The notes under the pieces: model-generated
What the model saw: the letters and a program-made list of their open reading frames with translations, nothing else
What the model was told of the DNA's origin: nothing
The model's database searches: none
Part shown: positions 36,958 to 45,694 of the stretch, in pieces
Layout of the letters: the number at the start of each line of letters is the position of its first letter
Numbering within the stretch: the stretch's first letter is position 1
NCBI RefSeq assembly: GCF_004353825.1
Contig: NZ_SMNA01000001.1
Coordinates: 496,001-560,000, forward strand
DNA length: 64,000 nucleotides
From: Occultella glacieicola
GTDB taxonomy: Bacteria; Actinomycetota; Actinomycetes; Actinomycetales; Beutenbergiaceae
Direction of reading: 5' to 3'
Translations under genes and position numbers: made by a program

Positions 36958-37518
36958 GTGAGCCAGCAGCGGCCGGAACCCGGCACCCCGATGATCCTCC
37001 AGTGGCGCAAGTGGGACGGCGCGCTGCACTGGCGCCACGAGTGCGTCTACCTGGGTGCCGACGAGTGGGGCGACTGGATCGGCCAGCCGACTGGTTGGCA
37101 CAGTGTGCGTCCCGGCGCCGAGTTCTTCGCGGAGACGCCGAACGTCGCGCTCCTGCCCACGGGCGAACCGGCCGGGGACCACGCCCTCACGGTCAACCGC
37201 GACCATCTGCGCGGGGTGCGTATCTACATCGACCTCGGCTGGGACGTGCGCTGGACGGATGACCCGTTGCTGGCCGCGGGCATCGACATGGACCTCGACG
37301 TCGTCCGGGTCGAGGGACCCCGCGGCACCTGGGTCGACGACCGTGACGAGTGGGCCGAGCACCGGCAGCGATACGGCTACCCGCCCGAGATCGTCACCCA
37401 CCTGGAGGAACTCGCGCTCGACCTCGAGCACCACGTGCGCGCCCAGACCCCGCCGTTCGACGGTGCCACCGCCGACGCGTGGTTGGACCGCCTGGAGGGG
37501 CTCGGTCTCGAACGCTGA
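36958..37518 (+). CDS. DUF402 family protein
   Basis: RKWDG..HW; YLG.DEWG.W; IDMDLDV; DRDEW..H...YGYP. Confidence 0.85.
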   Translation: MSQQRPEPGTPMILQWRKWDGALHWRHECVYLGADEWGDWIGQPTGWHSVRPGAEFFAETPNVALLPTGEPAGDHALTVNRDHLRGVRIYIDLGWDVRWTDDPLLAAGIDMDLDVVRVEGPRGTWVDDRDEWAEHRQRYGYPPEIVTHLEELALDLEHHVRAQTPPFDGATADAWLDRLEGLGLER

Positions 37519-37570
37519 CCGGTCGCCCGGGCGAACGCCTCCAGACGGCGGGGAAGAGTTCGCCTGCCGA

Positions 37571-38890
37571 TCAGTCCAGGATGCCGAAGTTGCCCCGGAT
37601 GATGCGGTTCGGGTCGCGTTCGGCTTTGAGCTGACGAAGCCGTCGCATGGACGAACCCGGCAGCGCGTCGGACAGGCGTTCGCCCGGGTTCAGGAACGTG
37701 ATCGGCTTGCGCCCGCTGGTCGGCAGGGCGCCGGCGAGCGCTGCCTGCCTTCCTGCGATCGACTGCGCCACCCGAGTGGTTGCCGGAACCCCGAACATGT
37801 AGACGGCGTACGGTTCGGTGAGCGCCCCGTGCGGGCTGTCGCTGGGCTGGGCCAGCGCGCCGCCGAGGTGGCGGATCTGCAGCGTCATCAACGGTGCGAT
37901 CTCCTCGTCCAGCAGCGCCGCCAGGGCGTTGTCGTCGAGGTGGGTGAGGAGTTCGCCGCGCGAGGCACCGGGGCCCGGGTCGGTGGGTTCTGCGGTGATC
38001 GTGCCGAGGTCGGCGACGCTGATCGGTGCTCGAGTGTCGGACAGCGGAGTCGGCAGCAGGCTGGTCTCGTGCAGGAGACTGCGGGCGGTCGCCTCGTCGC
38101 CGAGGAAGGTCGAGTCGATCGCGACCAGCGGTTCGGCCCCGGGGAAACTGAGCAGTTCGAGCCACAGGGTGAGCGCGTCGGGGGCCGTTTCGGTCACCGA
38201 CCGGAAGACCTCCGCGACCTGGCGCGCGTGGGTGGCGGGCCAGAGCTGGCGGCCGCCGAAGACGCTGGGCGCCGGGCGCAGCTGCAACTCGAGAGCGGTG
38301 ACGATGGCGAGGTCGCCTCCTCCGCCCCGCAGGGCCCAGAACAGGTCGGGGTCGGTAGCGGGCGTGACGCGGTGGGTCGTGCCGTCGGCCGCGACGATCT
38401 CGACGGCGAGGATGCTGTCGGCCATCCACCCGAACGCTCGTCCGAACCAGCTCAGGCCACCGCCGAGCGCGGCGCCGGTCACCGTGACGGCGGGGGAACT
38501 GCCCGGGAGGGCGGTGAGGCCGTGCGTGGCGGTAGCGCGTTGCAGTTCACCCGAACGCACACCGGCGCCGATCCTCGCCGTCATGCGGAGCGGGTCGATA
38601 GCGATGGCGTTCAGGCCGGCGGTGCGCAGCAGGATGGCGCCGCTCGCGCGTCCGGTCGCGCCGTGGCCGCTGGGCTGGGTGGCGATCGGGACGTTCCTCG
38701 CCTGGGCGAATCGCACGAGGTGGGCGACATCTGCGGCATCGGCGACCTCCACGACGGCGCGCACGCGCTGTTCGATGGCGCGGTTCCAGGGGCGGTGCAC
38801 CGCGTCGAAGCCGGCATCGGCGGGCAGCCAGACGCGCCCGCGGACGTTCGCGCGAACGTCGTCGATGGTGGTCTGCGGGAGAATGGTCAC
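37571..38890 (-). CDS. FAD-binding oxidoreductase (VAO/BBE-like)
   Basis: QPSGHG; G..LGGG..WF.R..G..AD; DLFWALRGGGG; L..LK...DP; AAGGAG RBS. Confidence 0.9.
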   Translation of the reverse strand: MTILPQTTIDDVRANVRGRVWLPADAGFDAVHRPWNRAIEQRVRAVVEVADAADVAHLVRFAQARNVPIATQPSGHGATGRASGAILLRTAGLNAIAIDPLRMTARIGAGVRSGELQRATATHGLTALPGSSPAVTVTGAALGGGLSWFGRAFGWMADSILAVEIVAADGTTHRVTPATDPDLFWALRGGGGDLAIVTALELQLRPAPSVFGGRQLWPATHARQVAEVFRSVTETAPDALTLWLELLSFPGAEPLVAIDSTFLGDEATARSLLHETSLLPTPLSDTRAPISVADLGTITAEPTDPGPGASRGELLTHLDDNALAALLDEEIAPLMTLQIRHLGGALAQPSDSPHGALTEPYAVYMFGVPATTRVAQSIAGRQAALAGALPTSGRKPITFLNPGERLSDALPGSSMRRLRQLKAERDPNRIIRGNFGILD

Positions 38891-38951
38891 AGGGACTCCT
38901 TCACATCGGTGAGGCGGGGGAGACCGACGGGAACGTCCGTCTCATCCATGA

Positions 38952-38978
38952 GTCGGACGAGCCGGCCGAAATGTGACG
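38952..38978 (-). promoter_or_regulatory. Possible ECF41-type promoter for the FAD oxidoreductase
   Basis: Minus strand CGTCACA-N16-CGAC. Confidence 0.5.
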
Positions 38979-39000
38979 AACGCTCGCACGAAGGGGGCCC

Positions 39001-39912
39001 ATGGCAGTCCAACCGTCCGGCACACTCGACGACGTGGCGCAGCAGTTCGTCACCCATCGCCCGAAGCTGTACGCGATCGCCCACCGCGCCCTGGGTTCGC
39101 CCTGGGGCGCCGACGACGCGGTCCAGGAGGCGTGGCTGCGGCTGCAGCGCACCGACATCGCCACCATCAAGAACCTCGAAGCCTGGCTGACCACGGTCAT
39201 CTCCCGGGTCTGCATCGACACGATCCGGCAGCAGGCGAGCCGGCGCGAGGATCTGGACGGTGGTGCCACCCCGGAGGCCGAACGATCGGTCCGAACGCCT
39301 GCCGGAGGCGACCCATCTGAGAGCCTCATTCGTATCGATGATCTCGGTCTGGCGATGCAGGTCGTGCTGGACCGCCTCGGACCGCTCGAACGCCTCGCTC
39401 TCGTCCTGCATGACGTCTTCGCGCTGTCCTTCGACGACATCGCCCCTATCGTCGAACGCACCCCCGCTGCCGCCCGCCAACTCGCGTCCCGCGCCCGGGC
39501 CCGGCTGCGAGCCGTTGACGTCGGCAGCGTCCGCGAGCGCCAGGAGGCTGCGATCGGTGCGTTCCTCGATGCGGCCAGGCACGGTGACTTCGGCAGGCTC
39601 CTACAGCTCCTCGACCCGGAGATCGAACTGCGCAGCGACGGCGCGGCGGTGGAGCTCGCCGCCGCAGGCGCCGACCACGGAGCCCCGCTCCTCGCCGGCC
39701 ACGTCCGTGGGGTCGACGCGGTGGCGCGGGTCTTCGCCGGACGCGCCGAGCTCACCCGCCTCGTGTTCGTCGACGGCATCCCGGCGGCCGCCTATGTCGC
39801 CGACGGCACGGTGCACGCGGTCTACCTGATCACGTTCGCCGACGACCGGATCGCCACCCTGGATGTCCTCGCTGACGTCGAACGGCTGGCAGGCCTTCGG
39901 ACGGTCGTCTGA
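39001..39912 (+). CDS. ECF sigma factor, ECF41/SigJ-like
   Basis: IAHRALGS...ADDAVQEAWLRL; ERLALVLHDVF; DP...LRSDG. Confidence 0.88.
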   Translation: MAVQPSGTLDDVAQQFVTHRPKLYAIAHRALGSPWGADDAVQEAWLRLQRTDIATIKNLEAWLTTVISRVCIDTIRQQASRREDLDGGATPEAERSVRTPAGGDPSESLIRIDDLGLAMQVVLDRLGPLERLALVLHDVFALSFDDIAPIVERTPAAARQLASRARARLRAVDVGSVRERQEAAIGAFLDAARHGDFGRLLQLLDPEIELRSDGAAVELAAAGADHGAPLLAGHVRGVDAVARVFAGRAELTRLVFVDGIPAAAYVADGTVHAVYLITFADDRIATLDVLADVERLAGLRTVV

Positions 39913-39919
39913 ACGGGGC

Positions 39920-40825
39920 TCACACCGGTGCGAACGCCTCCAGCAGCCGGACGCACCGCGGTGGGTCCTCGGTGAGCCCGTGCGCTAGGCCCCAGAGCAG
40001 GTAGTCGAACGACCGGTACGTGATCCACGCGTGCGCGCGTTCGGCCTCCAGCCCGGCCGCGGCGATGACCCGGTCGGCGTGCCGGTGCATCGCGGCTGCG
40101 TCGTCCATCTCGTCCACGCGCGTCCAGAGCACCCGGGCCAGGTCGTAGCAGGCGTCCCCGCGCAGCAGCACCGGGTCGAACACGAGCCACGGCTCCCGGG
40201 TGGCCCGGTGCACCTGCGCACCGTGCAGGTCACCGTCGACGGCAGTGCTCGCCGTGGTCTGCCCACATACCTCGGCCGCGGCGAGCGCCGCGCGCAGGAA
40301 CTCCTCGCCGACGACTCGCCCGAGTCGGTCCCACTCGCCGGGGAGCTCGCCGGCCCGGCGCCGTGCGATCTCGTCGGTGCCCGGCACGTCCGGCGGCGCC
40401 GGGACGGCGAGCCGGCGCATGAGGTCGCCCATCACGGTGGCCGCCTCGTCCAGCGGCACGGTCTCCAGCGAGTCGCCGGTGAGCCGCTCCAGCAGAGTGA
40501 CCCGGCGCGGCACGTCCGCGTCGAACAGGCGGACCATGCCGCGCCCGTCCCAGAACGTCAGCGCCCTGACCTCGGCGGCCACGTCGTCACCCGGCGGGCC
40601 GAGCCGCAGGATCAGTCGTTCGCCCTCCCGGCGCACCGGCACGGCGAGCGCGTTCGACCCGTGGCGAGCACCGCCGTCCGGCTCCAGACCCCACGCCCGG
40701 CACGCCCGGGCGACCTGTTCCGGCAACTCGTCGAGCCACTGCACCAGCGGTGCCTCGGCGTGCCAGAACCGCGGCATCGACCGCAGGGACTCCGCAGCTG
40801 CGGCGACGCCGTCGGGGTCCGGCAC
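39920..40825 (-). CDS. APH(6)/hydroxyurea-resistance kinase family protein
   Basis: WL.ELP......C..WGL; AL.FWDGRG.VRL; LLERL; DGDLHGAQV; WL..DP. Confidence 0.8.
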   Translation of the reverse strand: MPDPDGVAAAAESLRSMPRFWHAEAPLVQWLDELPEQVARACRAWGLEPDGGARHGSNALAVPVRREGERLILRLGPPGDDVAAEVRALTFWDGRGMVRLFDADVPRRVTLLERLTGDSLETVPLDEAATVMGDLMRRLAVPAPPDVPGTDEIARRRAGELPGEWDRLGRVVGEEFLRAALAAAEVCGQTTASTAVDGDLHGAQVHRATREPWLVFDPVLLRGDACYDLARVLWTRVDEMDDAAAMHRHADRVIAAAGLEAERAHAWITYRSFDYLLWGLAHGLTEDPPRCVRLLEAFAPV

Positions 40826-40828
40826 GGC

Positions 40829-42859
40829 TCAGGTGAGGCGCTCGGCGAGGAACCGGTACGCGAGCGAGGTCATGTGGGCGGCCTGATCGTTGGTGGCCGC
40901 ACCGCCGTGGCCGCCCTCGATGTTCTCGTAGTAGGTCACGTCCTTGCCGGCCGCGATCATCTGGGCCGCCATCTTCCGCGCGTGCCCGGGGTGCACCCGG
41001 TCGTCGCGGGTGGACGTCGTGAACAGCACCGGCGGGTAGTCGGCGCCGGCGTCGAAGAGGTGATAGGGGGAGAAGGCCTGGATGTACTCCCACTGCTCCG
41101 GGTCGTCCGGGTCGCCGTACTCGGCCATCCAGGACGCACCTGCGAGCAGGTGCGAGTAGCGCTTCATGTCCAGCAGCGGCACCTGGATCACCACCGCCCC
41201 GAACAGGTCCGGGTACTGGGTGAGCATGTTCCCGGTGAGCAGGCCACCGTTCGAACCCCCCTGCACGCCCAGGTGCGCACTGGAGGTGATGCCCCGCTCC
41301 ACGACGTCCTTGGCCACCGCCGCCATATCCTCGTAGGCGCGGTGCCGGTTCTCCTTCAGCGCCAACTGGTGCCAGCGCGGGCCGTACTCACCGCCGCCGC
41401 GGATGTTCGCGAGGGCGTACACCCCACCCTGCTCCAGCCACGCGCTGCCGAGGACCCCCGAGTAGGTGGGGGTCAGCGAGATCTCGAACCCGCCGTACCC
41501 GTACAGCAGGGTGGGTGCGGTGCCGTCGAAGGCGAGGTCCTCGCGGTGGACGAGGAAGTACGGCACCCGGGTGCCGTCGTCGGAGATGACGAAGTGCTGT
41601 TCGGCGACGAGGCCGGCGGCGTTGAAGAAGACCGGCATCGACTTCAGCGGCTCCGGCGCCGAACCGATCTCCGCGATCGAGAGGGTGGTGGGGGACAGGA
41701 AGTCCGTCGCGTACAGCCAGACGGCGTCCGAGAGCCGGGCGTCGACGGCACCGACGGCGACCGTGCCCACCTTCGGTGCACCCACGAACGCCGACCGCGC
41801 GAACGTGCCCTCCGCCGTCGGGGTCAGCACCTCGAGGCGGTTCTTGACGTCCTCGAGGATGTTCAGGACCAGGTGCGAACGGGTCCACGTGGCCGAGGCG
41901 AGCGAACTCGTCTCGGTCGGGGTGTAGAGCACCTGCAGGTCACGTGAACCGGCGAGGAACTCCTCGAGCCGGATCGCCAGCAGGGCGCCGGCCGGGTAGG
42001 TGACGTCCGCCGGGGCCCACTCCTCGCGCAGTTCGACGGTGAGCCACTCCCGCTTGACGTCCGGCTCCGCGGAGTTCGGCACGTCGAGCTTCGTGAGCTC
42101 GTCGTCGGCGCCGAGCAGGTAGAGCTCGTGGTTGTAGAACGCGATGGAACGACTCACGAAGTCCCGCTCGTACCCGGGCGTGGAGTCGTGGTACGCGGCG
42201 ATGTACATGTCCTGTTCCGTGCCCTCGTACACGGTCTCGGCCGCCTCGAGCGGGGTGCCGCGGTGCCAGCGCTTGGCGATCCGCGGGTAACCCGACGGCG
42301 TCATCGTGCCCTCGCCGAAGTCGGTGAACACGAACAGGGTGTCCGCGTCGATCCAGGACGTCCCGCCCTTGGACTCGGGGCGGAAGAACCCGCCGTCGAC
42401 GAACGACTTGGTGTGCAGGTCGAACTCGCGGGAGACGTCGGCGTCCGCGCCGCCGCGGGACAGGTCGACGATCGCGAGCCGGTACTCCTCGTCGCCGCGC
42501 AGCACGCTCGCGCCGTGCCAGACCCAGTTCTCACCCTCGGCCTCGTTGAGGGCATCCAGGTCCAGGACCGTCTCCCAGGCCGGCTCGACGGTGCGGTAGG
42601 ACTCGAGCGTGGTGCGGCGCCACAGGCCGCGCTCGTGGTCGGCGTCCTTCCAGAAGTTGTAGTAGAAGTCCCCGATCTTGGACACGTCCGGGATCTTCTC
42701 CTCGGAGTCGAGGATCCCGAGCGTGCGGGCCTTCATGGCGGCGAACTCGGGCGTGCCGGCCAGGGTGGCGGCCTGTTCGGAGTTGCGGGCGCGAACCCAG
42801 TCCAGCTGCTGCTCGCCCTCGACGTCCTCCAGCCAGGCGTACGGGTCCTCGTGGCTCAC
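40829..42859 (-). CDS. Prolyl oligopeptidase (S9A)
   Basis: DPY.WLE; YGYGGF; GGSNGG, DDRVHP and GGHG catalytic triad motifs. Confidence 0.95.
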   Translation of the reverse strand: MSHEDPYAWLEDVEGEQQLDWVRARNSEQAATLAGTPEFAAMKARTLGILDSEEKIPDVSKIGDFYYNFWKDADHERGLWRRTTLESYRTVEPAWETVLDLDALNEAEGENWVWHGASVLRGDEEYRLAIVDLSRGGADADVSREFDLHTKSFVDGGFFRPESKGGTSWIDADTLFVFTDFGEGTMTPSGYPRIAKRWHRGTPLEAAETVYEGTEQDMYIAAYHDSTPGYERDFVSRSIAFYNHELYLLGADDELTKLDVPNSAEPDVKREWLTVELREEWAPADVTYPAGALLAIRLEEFLAGSRDLQVLYTPTETSSLASATWTRSHLVLNILEDVKNRLEVLTPTAEGTFARSAFVGAPKVGTVAVGAVDARLSDAVWLYATDFLSPTTLSIAEIGSAPEPLKSMPVFFNAAGLVAEQHFVISDDGTRVPYFLVHREDLAFDGTAPTLLYGYGGFEISLTPTYSGVLGSAWLEQGGVYALANIRGGGEYGPRWHQLALKENRHRAYEDMAAVAKDVVERGITSSAHLGVQGGSNGGLLTGNMLTQYPDLFGAVVIQVPLLDMKRYSHLLAGASWMAEYGDPDDPEQWEYIQAFSPYHLFDAGADYPPVLFTTSTRDDRVHPGHARKMAAQMIAAGKDVTYYENIEGGHGGAATNDQAAHMTSLAYRFLAERLT

Positions 42860-42947
42860 GCGCGTTCCTTCCATCGTCGGTGGTGTCAAGAACCCTAACC
42901 CGGCAAAACCCTCGACGGCGGGGAGCGGGTCCAGCATCGTGGTCGCC

Positions 42948-43355
42948 ATGACCTCTCGCCTGTCCCACACCAGCGTCGACGCCCGCAATGCCTACGCCCA
43001 GGCCGCGTGGTGGGCCCAGGTCCTCGGCTACGCCGGGGATCCGCAGGACCCGGACCAGGTCGGCGACGAGGAGTGCCTGATCGTCTCGCCCGACGGTCGA
43101 ACCAGGATCCTGTTCATCGAGGTGCCCGAGGGCAAGAGCGTGAAGAACCGCCTGCACTTCGACCTCGCCCCGGCCGATCTCACCCGTGATGAGGAGGTCG
43201 CCAGGCTGCTCGACCTCGGCGCCACGGTGGTGGCCGACCGTCGGGTCGCCGACGGCAAGGGCTGGGTCACGCTCGCCGACCCGGAGGGCAACGAGTTCTG
43301 CGTGCTCCGCGGCGACCTCGAACGCCCCGACCCGTGGGCGCACCTGGTCCGCTGA
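42948..43355 (+). CDS. VOC/glyoxalase-like protein
   Basis: VPEGKSVKNRLHFDL; LADPEGNEFCVL. Confidence 0.9.
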   Translation: MTSRLSHTSVDARNAYAQAAWWAQVLGYAGDPQDPDQVGDEECLIVSPDGRTRILFIEVPEGKSVKNRLHFDLAPADLTRDEEVARLLDLGATVVADRRVADGKGWVTLADPEGNEFCVLRGDLERPDPWAHLVR

Positions 43356-43442
43356 GCCCGGCGCTGTTGCGGCGGCCCATGGCCGGGGCCACCATGGCAG
43401 GGCTGCATCGGCAGCGGATCGACTTCAACGAGGAGGACGAAC

Positions 43443-43652
43443 ATGGCCGCATCTGTCGCTCGGGTCACCACGATCACCGCACGCTCGGACACCAGTTTCG
43501 AGGACGCCGTGAAGGCGGGCGTGGAGCGTTCCGCGAAGACCCTGCGCAACGTCTCCGGCGCCTGGGTCAAGGACCAGAAGGTCGAACTCACCGACGGTGT
43601 GGTGACCTCATGGCAGGTCGTGCTCGAGGTCACCTTCGTCCTCGAGGACTGA
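43443..43652 (+). CDS. Dodecin family protein
   Basis: S..SFEDAV..GV.R..KTLRNV.GAWVK; V.L.VTF.LE; GAGGAGG RBS. Confidence 0.9.
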   Translation: MAASVARVTTITARSDTSFEDAVKAGVERSAKTLRNVSGAWVKDQKVELTDGVVTSWQVVLEVTFVLED

Positions 43653-43745
43653 TCAGCTGCCCGACGGCGGCGCGGGGCCGGGCCATGCCGGACAGGTGAC
43701 CTGCTCGTCGCCGGACGCGCGGCCTGTGGGAGGGGTGGGTACTCG

Positions 43746-44165
43746 ATGGCTGTTCGCTGGCACAGCGTGGTGGTGGACTGTTTCGACCCGGCGTCGCTGT
43801 CGCGGTGGTGGGCCGAGGTGCTCGACTGGACGATCGTCCACGAGTCCGAGGACGAGGTGTTCCTGGTGCCGCACGCTCTCGACCGCTCGCCGACGATGCC
43901 GCACCACCCGGTCGCCGGTCCCGGGCTCCTGTTCGGTCGGAGTACCGACGAGAAGACGGTCAAGAACCGTCTGCATCTGGACCTGGCGCCGGGCATGGCG
44001 CCGGGCATCGTGTCGGGCATGGCACCGGGCTCGCGGGACGCGGAGGTGGAGCGCCTGATCGGGCTCGGCGCGACCCGGGTGGACATCGGTCAGAAGGACG
44101 TCCCGTGGGTGGTGCTCGCCGATCCCGAGGGCAACGAGTTCTGCGTGCTCGGCGACCGTCCGTAG
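43746..44165 (+). CDS. VOC/glyoxalase-like protein
   Basis: KTVKNRLHLDL; WVVLADPEGNEFCVL. Confidence 0.9.
   Translation: MAVRWHSVVVDCFDPASLSRWWAEVLDWTIVHESEDEVFLVPHALDRSPTMPHHPVAGPGLLFGRSTDEKTVKNRLHLDLAPGMAPGIVSGMAPGSRDAEVERLIGLGATRVDIGQKDVPWVVLADPEGNEFCVLGDRP
43984..44030 (+). repeat. In-frame 12-bp degenerate tandem repeat, 4 copies
   Basis: TGGCGCCGGGCA TGGCGCCGGGCA TCGTGTCGGGCA TGGCACCGGGC. Confidence 0.8.
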
Positions 44166-44322
44166 TCTCGGCGGGAAACCGGAGCGGATCCGACCGCCGA
44201 TCGCGATCGCTTGCGGCGGACGTGACTGCCGGGGTAGGAGTGGGGTGGGTGCTGGGGGCGGTGCGCCTGGCATCCAGGCGGTGAGAACCGCGAATCACAA
44301 CTCAACGGATAGGAGAAGACCG

Positions 44323-45231
44323 ATGACTGCCACAGACGTGCAGAACAGAATCGACGCCTACCCCACCCGGAACAACGGTGAGGTCAAGGTCATGCCCCGT
44401 AAGGACCCGGTGGTCTGGGGGACGGCCGCAGAGGGTCCGATGGACCAGGCCACCCTCGACGGCTACGACGCCAAGGGGTACCTGTCGATCGACCGGCTGG
44501 TCTCGGACGAGGAGGTCGCCGAGTTCCACCGCGAGCTCGAGCGCCTCTCCAGCGACCCGGAGGTCCGGGCGGACGAGCGGTGCGTCATCGAGTCGAGCAG
44601 CCAGGAGGTCCGCTCGGTCTTCGACGTGCACCGGATCAGCCCGGTGTTCAAGAAGATCGCGAACGACCCCCGCGTGGTGGACCGGGCCCGGCAGCTGCTG
44701 GGCTCGGAGGTCTACATCCACCAGTCGCGGGTGAACTTCAAGCCCGGCTTCGAGGGCAAGGAGTTCATGTGGCACTCGGACTTCGAGACCTGGCACGCCG
44801 AGGACGGCATGCCGCGGCTGCGTGCCGTGAGCATCTCGATCGCGATGACGGACAACTACTCCTACAACGGCCCGCTGATGATCATGCCCGGGTCGCACCA
44901 GGAGTACATCTCGTGCGACGGCGCGACCCCGGAGGACAACTACCGCAAGTCGCTGGTCATGCAGGGCGCGGGCACCCCGAGCAAGGAGGTCCTGCGGGAC
45001 TTCTACGACCGCTACGGCATCGACGTGCTCGAGGGTGCCGCCGGTGGGGCGGTGATGTTCGACAGCAACTGCATGCACGCGTCCAACGGCAACGTGACGC
45101 CGATGCCGCGATCGAACGTGTTCATCGTCTACAACTCGGTGGAGAACACCCTCGAGGAGCCGTTCTCCGCGTCGAAGCCGCGCCCGGAGTTCGCCGGATC
45201 GACCGACTTCACTCCGGCTGGACGGGTGTAG
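44323..45231 (+). CDS. ectD: Ectoine hydroxylase
   Basis: Signature FMWHSDFETWHAEDGMP; FDSNCMHAS; RSNVFIVYNSV. Confidence 0.95.
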   Translation: MTATDVQNRIDAYPTRNNGEVKVMPRKDPVVWGTAAEGPMDQATLDGYDAKGYLSIDRLVSDEEVAEFHRELERLSSDPEVRADERCVIESSSQEVRSVFDVHRISPVFKKIANDPRVVDRARQLLGSEVYIHQSRVNFKPGFEGKEFMWHSDFETWHAEDGMPRLRAVSISIAMTDNYSYNGPLMIMPGSHQEYISCDGATPEDNYRKSLVMQGAGTPSKEVLRDFYDRYGIDVLEGAAGGAVMFDSNCMHASNGNVTPMPRSNVFIVYNSVENTLEEPFSASKPRPEFAGSTDFTPAGRV

Positions 45232-45253
45232 AAATACTCCTCGTGGCTCCGAC
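45227..45253 (+). promoter_or_regulatory. ECF42-type promoter overlapping the ectD stop codon
   Basis: TGTAGA-N17-CGAC upstream of the YciI gene. Confidence 0.6.
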
Positions 45254-45301
45254 GTCTCCTGTGACGGACCCGAACCGGGGCCTGCAGACGAAGGAGATGC
45301 C

Positions 45302-45694
45302 ATGAAGTACGTCATCCTGATCCACTCCAACCCGCAGCCGTGGGGCCACCCGACCAGCGACTTCATCGCCGAGCAGCAGACGCAGTCACCCGAGCAGCGT
45401 GAGCAGATGAACGCCGAGTTCGAGGCCGTGCTCACGCAGATGCAGGAGTCCGGGGAACTCGTCCACGGTGAGGCGCTCGCGGACCCGAACACGTCGCGAC
45501 TGTTCCGGTGGAAGGCGGGCGAAGCGGTGGTCACGGACGGCCCGTACTCGGAGTTCAAGGAGCACCTCGCGGGGTTCTTCCTGATCGACGTCGCGGACCA
45601 GGCCCGGGCCGAGGAGATCACCGCGAAGTTCTCCGGGCCCGGCGAGACCGTCGAGCTCCGGCCCGCGATGTGGCCCGGCGGTGACGATCAGTGA
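45302..45694 (+). CDS. YciI/DGPF family protein
   Basis: TDGPYSEFKEHLAGF; VELRP. Confidence 0.9.
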   Translation: MKYVILIHSNPQPWGHPTSDFIAEQQTQSPEQREQMNAEFEAVLTQMQESGELVHGEALADPNTSRLFRWKAGEAVVTDGPYSEFKEHLAGFFLIDVADQARAEEITAKFSGPGETVELRPAMWPGGDDQ

